Assembly: GCA_012295275.1 (NCBI GenBank)
Contig: CM022675.1
Coordinates: 11,904,001 to 11,968,000, forward strand
DNA length: 64,000 bases
From: Chrysomallon squamiferum
Taxonomy: Eukaryota > Animalia > Mollusca
Direction: 5' to 3'
The translations under genes were made by a program, and so were the position numbers. This document shows positions 63,326 through 64,000 of the stretch, piece after piece (within the stretch, counting starts at the first letter, position 1; each line of letters starts with the position of its first letter). The notes under the pieces are model-generated. The model saw nothing but the letters and a program-made list of their open reading frames with translations, was not told the DNA's origin and made no database searches.

Positions 63326-64000
63326 TCCTCACCTGGCGACAGGAAACAAAGAAACAAAATAAATAATTAACAATAATTTAAAATGTATAATGTTTTAGTT
63401 GATTTTTGTATTTTTATTTGTTATTTTTTCAAAAATAAACAATGACATTTTTAATTTTTCGGAATATTGTATCTATTTTACAATATTGTTTTGTAAAGGC
63501 CAAAGCTAAGGCTGTCCTCCTGTGACAGGGCGTTCCCGAATTTTGTCTGTGTGCAGAGTCTATTCAGATTCACACGAGAGATCAGAATATTCACTCCTTA
63601 TCAAACACACCCTCGGCACGAATTTCCCTTCCCTTTTATGTCACAAAACCTCAAATATCTGATGTTTACATCATGAACAGAATAAAACTGAGGATTACCT
63701 TGATGTTATTTGCTCCACCTAAAATGATGAGCAATACTGGAGAGTAAAAAAAAAATAATAATAATAATAATAAAAAATAATAATAACAGAATATTTATAC
63801 TCGAGATAATTTCAGTCACCCGAAACGTAAGTTATAAACGTGTTTTCAGCATGTCGTTCAGTTATGACGAAACAGTAAACAACAGCATCAGTTTTAAAAG
63901 GAATTTACTCAACAGAAACTAGACACTCTCTGTGCCTGTCACTGTGGTTAGTACAGAAAAGCAAATGTCAGAGTCTGCTTTGTAAAACAAAGTAAACGAT

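Overview
AT-rich, microsatellite-dense metazoan genomic DNA with spliceosomal introns; gene content and repeat style suggest a mollusc, probably a cephalopod (inference). Two 200-N gaps (19803-20002, 55202-55401) split it into three blocks. Block 1 holds the 3' half of a minus-strand TRPM2-type channel gene (pore loop/S6, TRP helix, coiled coil, NUDT9-homology domain; stop at 8110). Two diverged, intact exons (17112-17290 and 15762-15952) both encode the TRP-box/TRP-helix segment with identical splice phases, so they are probably mutually exclusive. Two dead partial copies of one of them lie just upstream, and the exon carrying the Nudix box cannot be found. Blocks 2 and 3 hold an array of a signal peptide-EGF-EGF-ZP-furin site-TM gene (molluscan EGF-ZP type) on a ~17.7-17.9 kb tandem unit: one complete 449-aa copy (32958-41233), two gap-truncated plus-strand copies, one inverted copy beyond the second gap, and in each unit an inverted orphan copy of the last two exons plus 3' UTR. 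The EGF exons differ strongly between copies while the ZP exons are almost identical. Several MITE/Tigger-like elements and exon-abutting minisatellites are present. Almost all long ORFs in the supplied track are simple-repeat artefacts. All coordinates and counts come from manual reading; no alignment software or database search was run.
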